Notes under the pieces: generated by a model
Told to the model about the DNA's origin: nothing
Databases searched by the model: none
Seen by the model: only the letters and a program-made list of their open reading frames with translations
Shown: positions 34,450 to 41,863 of the stretch, in pieces
How the letters are laid out: each line of letters opens with the position of its first letter
Numbering within the stretch: the stretch's first letter is position 1
Origin: a virus
Reading direction: 5' to 3' (one strand)
UHGV virus genome: UHGV-0159554
DNA length: 41,863 nt
Translations under genes and position numbers: made by a program

Positions 34450-34609
34450 GTACCCGGTCAAGGCCGGCCTGATGGAAGGGGATACAGACCTGCTGCCGCT
34501 GGTGGATACCCCGGAAAAGGAGCGGGCCGCCAAGGCACTGTTTGACGGTTTGGAGCCGGAAGCGGTGAAACTGATCACCCGGGAAGAATACGAGGAGATG
34601 AGCCGATGA
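34415..34609 (+). CDS. Hypothetical protein
   Basis: Operon packing. Confidence 0.6.
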   Translation: MLYAVVTIAGNEYPVKAGLMEGDTDLLPLVDTPEKERAAKALFDGLEPEAVKLITREEYEEMSR

Positions 34610-34941
34610 GGAAAAAGGAATGCATCGCCCAGCTGGAGGACCTGAAGCAGCATTGCCAGGCGATGATCATGCCGGATGACCCGGAAGGGAGTGCCGTATG
34701 GGAGCGGGATGTGCAGGCGCTGCGCATGGCCATAGCGGCTGTCCGTGGCCGGCAGAGTTGGGTGCTGTGCAGTGATCGTCGGCCACGGGAACCGGGGGAA
34801 TACATCGTCACCATAGCGGGCGCGGCAAATGCCACAACGCTGCTTTGGGACGGAATGAGCTGGTTTGAACCAGTGGACGAAGAACCGGATGGAAAACTGC
34901 TGTATCCGGTGGAAAAATGGATGGAACTGCCGGAGGTGTGA
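34606..34941 (+). CDS. DUF551-like protein
   Basis: WVLCSDRRP...WMELPE. Confidence 0.7.
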   Translation: MRKKECIAQLEDLKQHCQAMIMPDDPEGSAVWERDVQALRMAIAAVRGRQSWVLCSDRRPREPGEYIVTIAGAANATTLLWDGMSWFEPVDEEPDGKLLYPVEKWMELPEV

Positions 34942-34942
34942 G

Positions 34943-35122
34943 ATGGAAAAGAAAAATCTGCGACGGTTGAATTTAGTGGTGACCAGCCAGACGCTGTACC
35001 ACCTGCGCTGCCTGGCTGCCGCCGGCGGCTGGGGAGAGAAGGACCTGGGGCGTGTGGTGGACAAGCTGGTGCGGGAACGCCGGACAGGACTGGAAGGGAG
35101 GGAAGCACATGAAGCCAAGTGA
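34943..35122 (+). CDS. Hypothetical protein (possible RHH)
   Basis: GGAGGTG RBS; RRLNLVVTSQT...GRVVDKLVRE. Confidence 0.6.
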   Translation: MEKKNLRRLNLVVTSQTLYHLRCLAAAGGWGEKDLGRVVDKLVRERRTGLEGREAHEAK

Positions 35123-35483
35123 AGAACTCGAACGCTTCCTGAACTTTCTGCGCACTGCGGAAAGCCTGCTGGTACAGGCCGAGAGCGGTCAGCAGGAGGC
35201 GGAGGCCGAGACACAGGACATCCTCCACGCCCTGGAGCTGGAATCCCACACCTATCACGAGATGGCGGCGCTGAGCCGGAAGCTGGCCCAGGTCCGGCAG
35301 GACCGGAGACGGGACAAGGATACCGTCGCCCAGCTGACGCCGGTGGTGGAGTGGGCCCACACCAACGAGGGAACGGTCCGCAGCCTGCAGCGCCTGCTGG
35401 GAGAGCTGCGCAAGACGGAGAAGAGCATACAGAACCGGGTCTATACACCGAAAACGGATGTGCTGAAGGAGGAACAGTTATGA
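35109..35483 (+). CDS. Coiled-coil hypothetical protein
   Basis: QDILHALEL...RRRDKD...RVYTPK. Confidence 0.7.
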   Translation: MKPSEELERFLNFLRTAESLLVQAESGQQEAEAETQDILHALELESHTYHEMAALSRKLAQVRQDRRRDKDTVAQLTPVVEWAHTNEGTVRSLQRLLGELRKTEKSIQNRVYTPKTDVLKEEQL

Positions 35484-35674
35484 AATGGATCAAGCCAGAG
35501 GAACGCCTCCCGGAGAGATTTGCCCCGGTCCTGATCTGCCGGGAGAAGGAACCAGGGACCCTCATTGTGGAACAGGGATGCCGGGATGTGGGGGATTGGT
35601 GGAAAGTCTACGGTACACGGATCAAACGGATCCGATACTGGGCCCCGATGCCGAAACCGCCGAAGGAGGATTGA
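35480..35674 (+). CDS. DUF551-like protein
   Basis: MKWIKPEERLPE...YWAPMPKPP. Confidence 0.72.
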   Translation: MKWIKPEERLPERFAPVLICREKEPGTLIVEQGCRDVGDWWKVYGTRIKRIRYWAPMPKPPKED

Positions 35675-35677
35675 CAG

Positions 35678-35953
35678 ATGGACGAGTATATCAACAGAAA
35701 AGCGATAGATTTCCCCTGGCTTGCCAGCGGCAAGATAATTGACGGGGAACTTTATGTGAGAATTGATGAAATTTATGAAGAGGTAAAAAAGCTGCCTGCC
35801 TTTGATGTTGTGCCAGTGCAACATGGTAAGTGGGTCAGTGATGGTGACGGAGGCATCTATTGCAGTGAGTGTAACCGAAGGCCAACACTTTTGGCCCAAA
35901 CAGATTATTGTCCCAAATGCGGCGCAAAGATGGACGGGGGCGAAAAGGAATGA
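35678..35953 (+). CDS. Zinc-finger hypothetical protein
   Basis: HGKW..CSEC..YCPKCGAKMD. Confidence 0.75.
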   Translation: MDEYINRKAIDFPWLASGKIIDGELYVRIDEIYEEVKKLPAFDVVPVQHGKWVSDGDGGIYCSECNRRPTLLAQTDYCPKCGAKMDGGEKE

Positions 35954-36249
35954 CAAGAGAGCAAATACTGTATGCCGCCCGAGATTGTGTGACTGGCCAG
36001 AGGGTGGAGGATTACGGAAAAGTTGAAGATAACTTTGCCACGATCGCCGAGATGTGGACAACATACATGGAGGCGGCAAAATGCGTGGCGACCGGCGTCC
36101 ATGTGGAGCTGCTGGGAGAGGATGTGGCCCTGATGATGGCGCTGCTCAAGATCGCCCGGGCCACGACCAGCGACAACATGGACAACCTCATTGACCTGGC
36201 AGGGTATGCCGCCTGCGCCGGTGAGCTGATAGGGGGTGCTGAATCGTGA
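35950..36249 (+). CDS. DUF6378-like protein
   Basis: R..DYG..EDNF..IA.MW, DVALMMALLKIAR, DLAGYAAC. Confidence 0.8.
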   Translation: MTREQILYAARDCVTGQRVEDYGKVEDNFATIAEMWTTYMEAAKCVATGVHVELLGEDVALMMALLKIARATTSDNMDNLIDLAGYAACAGELIGGAES

Positions 36250-36797
36250 ATTTGAAGCGAATAGCGGGTATGTGTAAGGCCCGGGGAGCATTCAGCTTAA
36301 CGAACATCGTAAACGAAGATGGACAGGTCATTGACCAGTGGGTGCATCTTGGCGGGGCAATGTACCGAATTGGAGATATGGGACTGACGGCATATACTCT
36401 GGCCCGGATGGCGGGAGTTAAGGAGCAGGACACCGAAAAATATATCATTGAGGACAAGAGCAGCGAGCAACTGGACTGGATGCGGGACTATCCCAAGTCC
36501 CGGGAGGATCAGGACGCCGCCAAAGCCACAGTAGGCCTCCTCATCGGTAGTCGGGAGATCCAGTTCTATCGGACCAGAGAGGAGCTGCTGCCTATCAACA
36601 CTGAGTATCTGGCTCCACTGGACACCGAACAGAACTGCTATATCCGCCTGATGGGTGATGAGCCGGTACTGGCAGTCAAAGAAGGGATGTACATTGCAGC
36701 AGTGATCGGGCCTTATGATGTGTTCGGGGAAAAAGATGGGATCAAACTGCCAGAGTTGAAGCGGGCATTTGAGGCCGAAAAAAATATTTGGAGGTGA
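36246..36797 (+). CDS. Hypothetical protein
   Basis: 183-aa ORF, overlap-coupled. Confidence 0.7.
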   Translation: MNLKRIAGMCKARGAFSLTNIVNEDGQVIDQWVHLGGAMYRIGDMGLTAYTLARMAGVKEQDTEKYIIEDKSSEQLDWMRDYPKSREDQDAAKATVGLLIGSREIQFYRTREELLPINTEYLAPLDTEQNCYIRLMGDEPVLAVKEGMYIAAVIGPYDVFGEKDGIKLPELKRAFEAEKNIWR

Positions 36798-36801
36798 ACA
36801 G

Positions 36802-37377
36802 ATGCTCCGAGTAGATGAGGAATGGTTGCTGGAACGCCAGCAGCGCCTGCGGAATGAGAAGATCACCGCCCAGAGAATGAGAAACCAGCGACAGGGAGCG
36901 ATGAGCCATGCCCAGGGCAGACAGTTTGAGGAACTGATCGACGCCGCCTGTGAATTTTACAGGCATAGCGGGCAGGCTGACATCGAAAAGACGCCGGAGC
37001 CGATGCGGCCGATACAGAATCTCGGGGGCGGGCGGTTTGTGGCCTACTACGAGCGCAGCGCCCAGCCGGACTACAAAGGGACGCTGCGGGGAGGCCGGGC
37101 GGTGGCGTTTGAAGCCAAGAGCACCAGCACCGACCGGATCATACAGGACCGTGTCACCGCCGCTCAGGCGGAACGCCTGGCCCGGATGGAAGAGTTGGGC
37201 GGCGTCAGCTTTGTCCTTTGTCAGTTTTCCAGCGGACAGATCTACCGGGTGAGCTGGAGGGACTGGGTCAATATGGCGGAGGTGTTCGGGCGCAAGTACA
37301 TCACCGAGGCGGATCTCGCCTCCCGGGCCTGTCTCCGCTCCGCCACCGGAGTACCGCTGTTTTTGGAGAGGATGTGA
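36802..37377 (+). CDS. recU: RecU-family Holliday junction resolvase
   Basis: G..FE, KTPEP, PDYKG, FEAKST motifs. Confidence 0.88.
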   Translation: MLRVDEEWLLERQQRLRNEKITAQRMRNQRQGAMSHAQGRQFEELIDAACEFYRHSGQADIEKTPEPMRPIQNLGGGRFVAYYERSAQPDYKGTLRGGRAVAFEAKSTSTDRIIQDRVTAAQAERLARMEELGGVSFVLCQFSSGQIYRVSWRDWVNMAEVFGRKYITEADLASRACLRSATGVPLFLERM

Positions 37378-37381
37378 TGGG

Positions 37382-37642
37382 ATGGAGCGAAAGACTTTCC
37401 CTTGTAAGAGTTGCAACCGATGGTCAGAATGCACTGTGGTGTGCGCTGAGTGGCGGGAATGGTTTGACGACGAGTGGGAGAAGATCCGCAATGCGGCAGG
37501 GAGGGAAGTCCATGAGAGAGGAGCAGATCATATTCGAGCAGATCGCGGAGATCCTGTCCGGGCAGCCGGCCTACAAGATGGCCAACCGGACGGGCCTGAG
37601 CCGAAGCAAGATCCGCCGGATGGCCCAGGGGATCCCATTTAA
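37382..37642 (+). CDS. Cys/Trp-rich hypothetical protein
   Basis: PCKSC..C..C.EWREWF...WEKIR; 3' part overlaps next gene. Confidence 0.5.
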   Translation: MERKTFPCKSCNRWSECTVVCAEWREWFDDEWEKIRNAAGREVHERGADHIRADRGDPVRAAGLQDGQPDGPEPKQDPPDGPGDPI

Positions 37643-37751
37643 CCTGGACTACAATGTCGTTTTTGCCCTTGGCCGGCTGGGGTATCACCTGGAATTGGTT
37701 GAAAACGGCGTTGGGGCCAGATGGTGGCCACAAAAGGACAGTCGCATTTGA
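37512..37751 (+). CDS. HTH protein, possible late-gene regulator
   Basis: YKMANRTGLSRSKIRRM; last gene before the packaging module. Confidence 0.6.
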   Translation: MREEQIIFEQIAEILSGQPAYKMANRTGLSRSKIRRMAQGIPFNLDYNVVFALGRLGYHLELVENGVGARWWPQKDSRI

Positions 37752-38033
37752 TACAATAAGCCTTGAGGGGATACTCTCGGGGCTTTTATTCCCCCTGAGT
37801 AGTCCCCGGCTGGGTATAAATCGCGGAAAATGCAGGTGGGGGCAGGCGATTTGTTGTGGAAAGCCTTCGGGGATAGCGGGCATCCGGCAGCTTTGGGCCG
37901 GAACCGGCACCGGAAAGGGCGGTATCGTTCTTATTACGGCTGTCAGCCGTTCCGGCACCCCCATACGCATGCGCGCGGGGGCGGATCCGTCGAAGGAAAC
38001 GATAGAGCGCAAGAGTACAGAAAGGGGGTCAGC

Positions 38034-38636
38034 ATGGGTAAAAGTGGAAAGGTCCGGGGTGGTGGAACATCGACCCGGAGCAAGTATGAAAGCCATGTGC
38101 GGCCTCGTCTGGACTTTGTGACCGCGGCTGCACGGATGGGGAATTCCGAGGAGGAGATCGCCCGGCAGCTGGGGGTGAGCTATTCCACCTTTCGGGAGCA
38201 CAAGAAAAAGCATGAGGAACTGAGGAAGGCCCTTGCACAGGGAGCGGAGGACGCCAATGCTGCGGTGACGAACTCGCTGTATAAGCGGGCGCTGGGTTAC
38301 ACGGTTCGGGTACAAAAGGCCTTTAAGCTGAAAAAGCCAGTGATTGTGGATGGTAAGCGGGTGGCTGACGAGGAGATCGTCGAGACCGCCGAAGAAGATC
38401 TGCATGTTCCGGCCGATACCAAAGCCATCGTGTTTTGGCTCACCAACAGGCTGCCGGCCCAGTGGAAATCCAGCCCTGATGCAAATGCGCTGGAGGCCCT
38501 GCGCCGCCCGAATCGGGAGTTGCTGGAGGCATTGCAGAAGGGGATCCCCGAGCTTTGGACGAGTTTGCCCGAGGGCTGTGAAGCAAAGGAAGAATTGCCG
38601 GAATCCGAAGCCGCAGAGAAGAGAGGAGGAGAATAG
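38034..38636 (+). CDS. terS: Terminase small subunit
   Basis: HTH (EEIARQLGVSYSTF), SLYKRALGY, PADTKAIVFWLTNR; upstream of TerL. Confidence 0.82.
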   Translation: MGKSGKVRGGGTSTRSKYESHVRPRLDFVTAAARMGNSEEEIARQLGVSYSTFREHKKKHEELRKALAQGAEDANAAVTNSLYKRALGYTVRVQKAFKLKKPVIVDGKRVADEEIVETAEEDLHVPADTKAIVFWLTNRLPAQWKSSPDANALEALRRPNRELLEALQKGIPELWTSLPEGCEAKEELPESEAAEKRGGE

Positions 38637-39872
38637 TTGGAATTTTCACCATTCTCCCGCAAACAGTACATGGCCATGAGTTGGTGGACAGAGGGCAGCC
38701 CCTACCGGGACTATGATGCTCTGATCTGTGACGGAAGCATTCGTGCCGGCAAATCGCTGGCTATGGTGATCGGCTTTGTCACCTGGGCGATGGACCGGTT
38801 TGACGGCCAGACCTTTGCGCTGTGCGGCGTATCCATCGGAGCGCTGCGGCGGAATGTGGTCAAGCTGGTGTATGAGGCATTGGGGAGCTACTTTCACATC
38901 CAGGAGAACAAAGCAGAGAACTTTCTGGAGATCCAGGGGGCAAGGAGCACCAACCGTTTTTTTCTCTTCGGTGGTAAAGACGAACGCTCCGCCGCCTTCA
39001 TTCAGGGTATTACCCTGGCCGGCGTGCTCTTTGACGAAGTGGCTCTGATGCCGGAGAGCTTTGTCAACCAGGCAGTGGGCCGATGCTCCATAGCGGGCAG
39101 CAAACAGTGGTTCAACTGCAACCCCGAAGGGCCGAGCCACTGGTTCCTGAAAAACTGGATCAAGGAGCCGAAGGGGCGGAAGGTGCTGCACCTGCATTTC
39201 ACGATGGACGATAACCTCAGCCTGACAGATGAGATCCGGCAGCGGTACAAAAACGGATTCAGCGGCATATTTTATCAGCGCTTTATCCTGGGGCTTTGGG
39301 TGCTTTCGGACGGCGTGATTTACGATATGGTGACCGAGGGATCGTACTACACCGATGACCAGAGGCCGGTTGACATGGAATGGAGATCCATGCGTACGAT
39401 CGCCTGCGATTACGGCACAACCAACCCCTGTGTCTTTTTGGATATATACGACGATGGAGACATGATCCGGGTGGACCGGGAATACCGCTGGGACAGCAAG
39501 AAAAAATCCCGGCAGAAAACCGACCAGGAGTATGCCGATGATCTGCTGGCCTTTATGGGCAAGGAGCAATGCACTGTCCTGGTGGACCCTTCGGCCGCAT
39601 CCTTTATCGCCGAGCTGAAAAGCAGAGGATTGCTGGTCAAGGCAGCAAACAATGATGTGCTGGACGGGATCCGCAAAACGGCCACGCTCTTCCAGCGGCG
39701 CCGCCTGATGATCAATCAGGCCTGCGAAGGCCTGCGAGAGGAGCTGGGCAGCTACCTCTGGGACGAAAAGGCAAGCGCCCGCGGCGAAGAGAAGCCGGTC
39801 AAGCAGTACGACCACGCCCCGGATGCACTGCGGTACTATGTGAACAGCCTGCCCTTGTGGCGGTTTGAGTAA
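38637..39872 (+). CDS. terL: Terminase large subunit, PBSX family
   Basis: Walker A DGSIRAGKS, Walker B LFDE, CNP, DYGTTNP, DHAPDALRY. Confidence 0.95.
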   Translation: MEFSPFSRKQYMAMSWWTEGSPYRDYDALICDGSIRAGKSLAMVIGFVTWAMDRFDGQTFALCGVSIGALRRNVVKLVYEALGSYFHIQENKAENFLEIQGARSTNRFFLFGGKDERSAAFIQGITLAGVLFDEVALMPESFVNQAVGRCSIAGSKQWFNCNPEGPSHWFLKNWIKEPKGRKVLHLHFTMDDNLSLTDEIRQRYKNGFSGIFYQRFILGLWVLSDGVIYDMVTEGSYYTDDQRPVDMEWRSMRTIACDYGTTNPCVFLDIYDDGDMIRVDREYRWDSKKKSRQKTDQEYADDLLAFMGKEQCTVLVDPSAASFIAELKSRGLLVKAANNDVLDGIRKTATLFQRRRLMINQACEGLREELGSYLWDEKASARGEEKPVKQYDHAPDALRYYVNSLPLWRFE

Positions 39873-39884
39873 GAAGGTGAGAGC

Positions 39885-41657
39885 ATGTCCAGGAGAAACA
39901 AACAGAGACAAGGGGGGAGCCAGCCGGCCACCCAAGCCCCGACGGAAAATGTGCGGGTGACGGACGAATTCTCCAACCCGCTTTTCCGCCTGGGCTTTGG
40001 CAGCCAGTCGCCTTTGGAAGCCACAGAGTATCCGCTCACCAGGATGACCGAAAACTATGCCCTCCTCAACTCGCTTTACCGTACCAACTGGATCGTGCAG
40101 AATGTGGTGAGCATCGTGCCGGAGGATATGACCCGGGAATGGTTCATCCTCTCCGGGGCAGATATCTCCCCGGAGATGCAGGCGGAATTTGAACGAACCC
40201 AGCGGGTAACTCAGCTCAAAGCCAAGGTGACCGACGGCCTGCGCTGGGGACGGCTCTATGGCGGCGCCATTGGGCTGATCCTCATTCGTGGGCAGGAGGG
40301 CATCATGGACCAGCCACTGGATCCTGAGAGTATTCTCCCGGGCAGCTTTGCCGGCCTGATGATCCTGGACCGCTGGGTGGGAGTGGCGCCGGGCGACGAG
40401 ACGGTATCGGACATTGGAGACCCGGACTTTGGCCTGCCGGCATACTACCTCATCAACGATCCGGGCACCTGTCAGTTTTCCCTGCGGGTGCATCACAGCC
40501 GGGTGGTACGCTTTACCGGGCGGGATCTCCCGTATATTGAGCGGGTGGCCTGTATGTACTGGGGCGAGAGCGAGATCGAAGCGCTGTATACCGATGTAGT
40601 CAAACATGACAATGTCTCGGCCAATATGGCGGCCCTCACCTTCCGGGCCAATGTGGACACGATGGAGATGGAAAACCTGGATCAGATCCTGTCCATCGGG
40701 AACGAGCAGGCCAAGCGGAGATTCTGGACCACCATGCAGACACAGAGCGTCATGCGCTCCAACTTTGGCATTCAGCTTGTAAACAAGGGCGATCAAATCC
40801 AGAACCATCAGTACACCTTCACCGGCCTGCGGGAGGTCTATGAGAGCATGTGCCTCAACCTGGCGGGCTCGTCCCGTATCCCCATGACAAAGCTGTTCGG
40901 ACGGTCTGCGACCGGGCTCAACGCCACGGGGGAGGGAGACCAGCGCAACTACAACGACTACCTGGACAGCCAGAGGGAATCCAAGCTGCGCCCGGTATTG
41001 GAGCGGCTGCTGCCCATTATGGCCATGTCCGCCTGGGGCATGATACCGGACGGGATCGAGGTGACCTTCCCGCCGCTGTGGACCCCCACAGCCAAGGAGG
41101 TGGCCGAGATCGCCAAGGCCAAGACCGAGGCGGTCATCAGCGCCTATACCGCCGGTCTGCTCAATGTGGATACCGCCCAGCGGGAGCTCAAGAGCATGAG
41201 CGACGAGACCGGCCTCTACACCACCCTTTCCGATGCGGAGATCGAAGCCAACAAGGGCAAGACCTACCAGGACGCCACAGCGCTGCGTGACCCGCTGATG
41301 GGGCTTGGATTTGGAGATGGAGATGGGGACACTGCCCCTTTTGAGGGTGCCGCACAGGATGCGGCAGTTCTGGATTACTCCCCCAGCCAGCCCCGGGACA
41401 GGAATGGCCGGTGGACGAGCGGGGGCGGACATGGTACAATAAAGGGGACAAAGTACGCGCCATCGCCGCAGCGGACAACTGGAGGTATCCAGCTGAGTCC
41501 GAGAACCTATGCAAGACTGACAGGGATACTGAATACCCGCTTTCCTGGACTGCGGGAAGGCGAAGTCAGAAAGATACGGGACACTTCCAAGGAATACACG
41601 GTTAAAGCAGATGGGTTTGGCGGCTTTAAGGCACTGATGGTCATCAAAATAAAGTAA
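39885..41657 (+). CDS. Portal protein (DUF1073 type) with C-terminal putative toxin extension
   Basis: WGRLYGG, VHHSRV, IPMTKLFG...GLNATGEGD..NY motifs; after ~residue 497 DYSPSQPRDRNGRWT then a ~80-aa basic domain. Confidence 0.9.
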   Translation: MSRRNKQRQGGSQPATQAPTENVRVTDEFSNPLFRLGFGSQSPLEATEYPLTRMTENYALLNSLYRTNWIVQNVVSIVPEDMTREWFILSGADISPEMQAEFERTQRVTQLKAKVTDGLRWGRLYGGAIGLILIRGQEGIMDQPLDPESILPGSFAGLMILDRWVGVAPGDETVSDIGDPDFGLPAYYLINDPGTCQFSLRVHHSRVVRFTGRDLPYIERVACMYWGESEIEALYTDVVKHDNVSANMAALTFRANVDTMEMENLDQILSIGNEQAKRRFWTTMQTQSVMRSNFGIQLVNKGDQIQNHQYTFTGLREVYESMCLNLAGSSRIPMTKLFGRSATGLNATGEGDQRNYNDYLDSQRESKLRPVLERLLPIMAMSAWGMIPDGIEVTFPPLWTPTAKEVAEIAKAKTEAVISAYTAGLLNVDTAQRELKSMSDETGLYTTLSDAEIEANKGKTYQDATALRDPLMGLGFGDGDGDTAPFEGAAQDAAVLDYSPSQPRDRNGRWTSGGGHGTIKGTKYAPSPQRTTGGIQLSPRTYARLTGILNTRFPGLREGEVRKIRDTSKEYTVKADGFGGFKALMVIKIK

Positions 41658-41670
41658 ATGAGGTTGTCGC

Positions 41671-41863
41671 ATGGAAGAAAAGCTGAGGGATTTTTTGAAA
41701 AGATATATCGGGCAAGGTGAACTGAAAAAGGACTTTGTGCAAGAAGATGATGTGGAAATGCTGATCCACAGCGCATGTGTTCAAGGAATCGAACAGGAGC
41801 TTATAGATTATGGGACAGCAAATCCAGATGCACCCTTTTGGGATCTTCTTAAATTGGAGAGGC
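41671..41863 (+). CDS. Acidic 82-aa protein, 5' part (continues at 1..56); putative immunity protein 1 of the portal-linked array
   Basis: ATG 14 nt after portal stop; 193 nt here plus 56 nt at window start give MEEKLRDFLKRYIGQG...PDAPFWDLLKLERPGLYGVTQEELLMDDEDE; 38/82 ungapped identities to 438..686. Confidence 0.85.
   Translation, partial: MEEKLRDFLKRYIGQGELKKDFVQEDDVEMLIHSACVQGIEQELIDYGTANPDAPFWDLLKLER

Larger units (their letters stand above)
1..41863. mobile_element. Complete circular temperate phage genome (myovirus-type tail), probable Clostridia host
   Basis: Full set of packaging, head, contractile tail, lysis, integration, immunity and replication modules; ORF continuous across the window junction; Firmicute-type RBS and sigma-A promoters. 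Confidence 0.93.

Noticed and set aside
39885..41657. Anti-CBASS Acb1 label sometimes given to DUF1073 proteins
   Set aside because: Position and motifs are those of a portal; no paired HxT/S 2H-phosphoesterase motifs in the extension
38646..41672. 1008-aa minus-strand ORF
   Set aside because: Antisense shadow of terminase and portal caused by GC-rich codon bias; no recognisable motifs

Overview
The window looks like a complete, circularly permuted genome of a temperate contractile-tailed (PBSX/phiCD119-type tail) phage of a Clostridia-like Firmicute host. Two observations support completeness: an ORF starting at 41671 reads in frame across the end/start junction and stops at 56, and an intact attP-like inverted repeat lies beside the integrase. 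Gene order: terminase (38034-39872), portal (39885-41657), three paralogous acidic ORFs, MuF/minor head protein, head genes, Xkd-like tail and baseplate genes, tail fibre and an AT-rich beta-propeller adhesin, M23 endolysin and holin, an accessory region (21100-25450), attP and large serine integrase, two lipoproteins, repressor switch, and early genes including an HUH replication initiator and RecU. Most notable: (1) the portal carries a basic C-terminal extension after a QPRDxxGRWT motif, followed by a repeat-punctuated array of three acidic paralogues, which reads as a portal-borne polymorphic toxin with an immunity array, next to a second MuF toxin/immunity pair; (2) a CmdTAC-like ART toxin-antitoxin-SecB chaperone operon; (3) a half-ferritin and a terminator/leader element inside the head operon; (4) a type I TA locus and an orphan sRNA; (5) a LexA-box-controlled small ORF that may be an antirepressor. 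All family assignments come from motif recognition by eye; no database searches were run.
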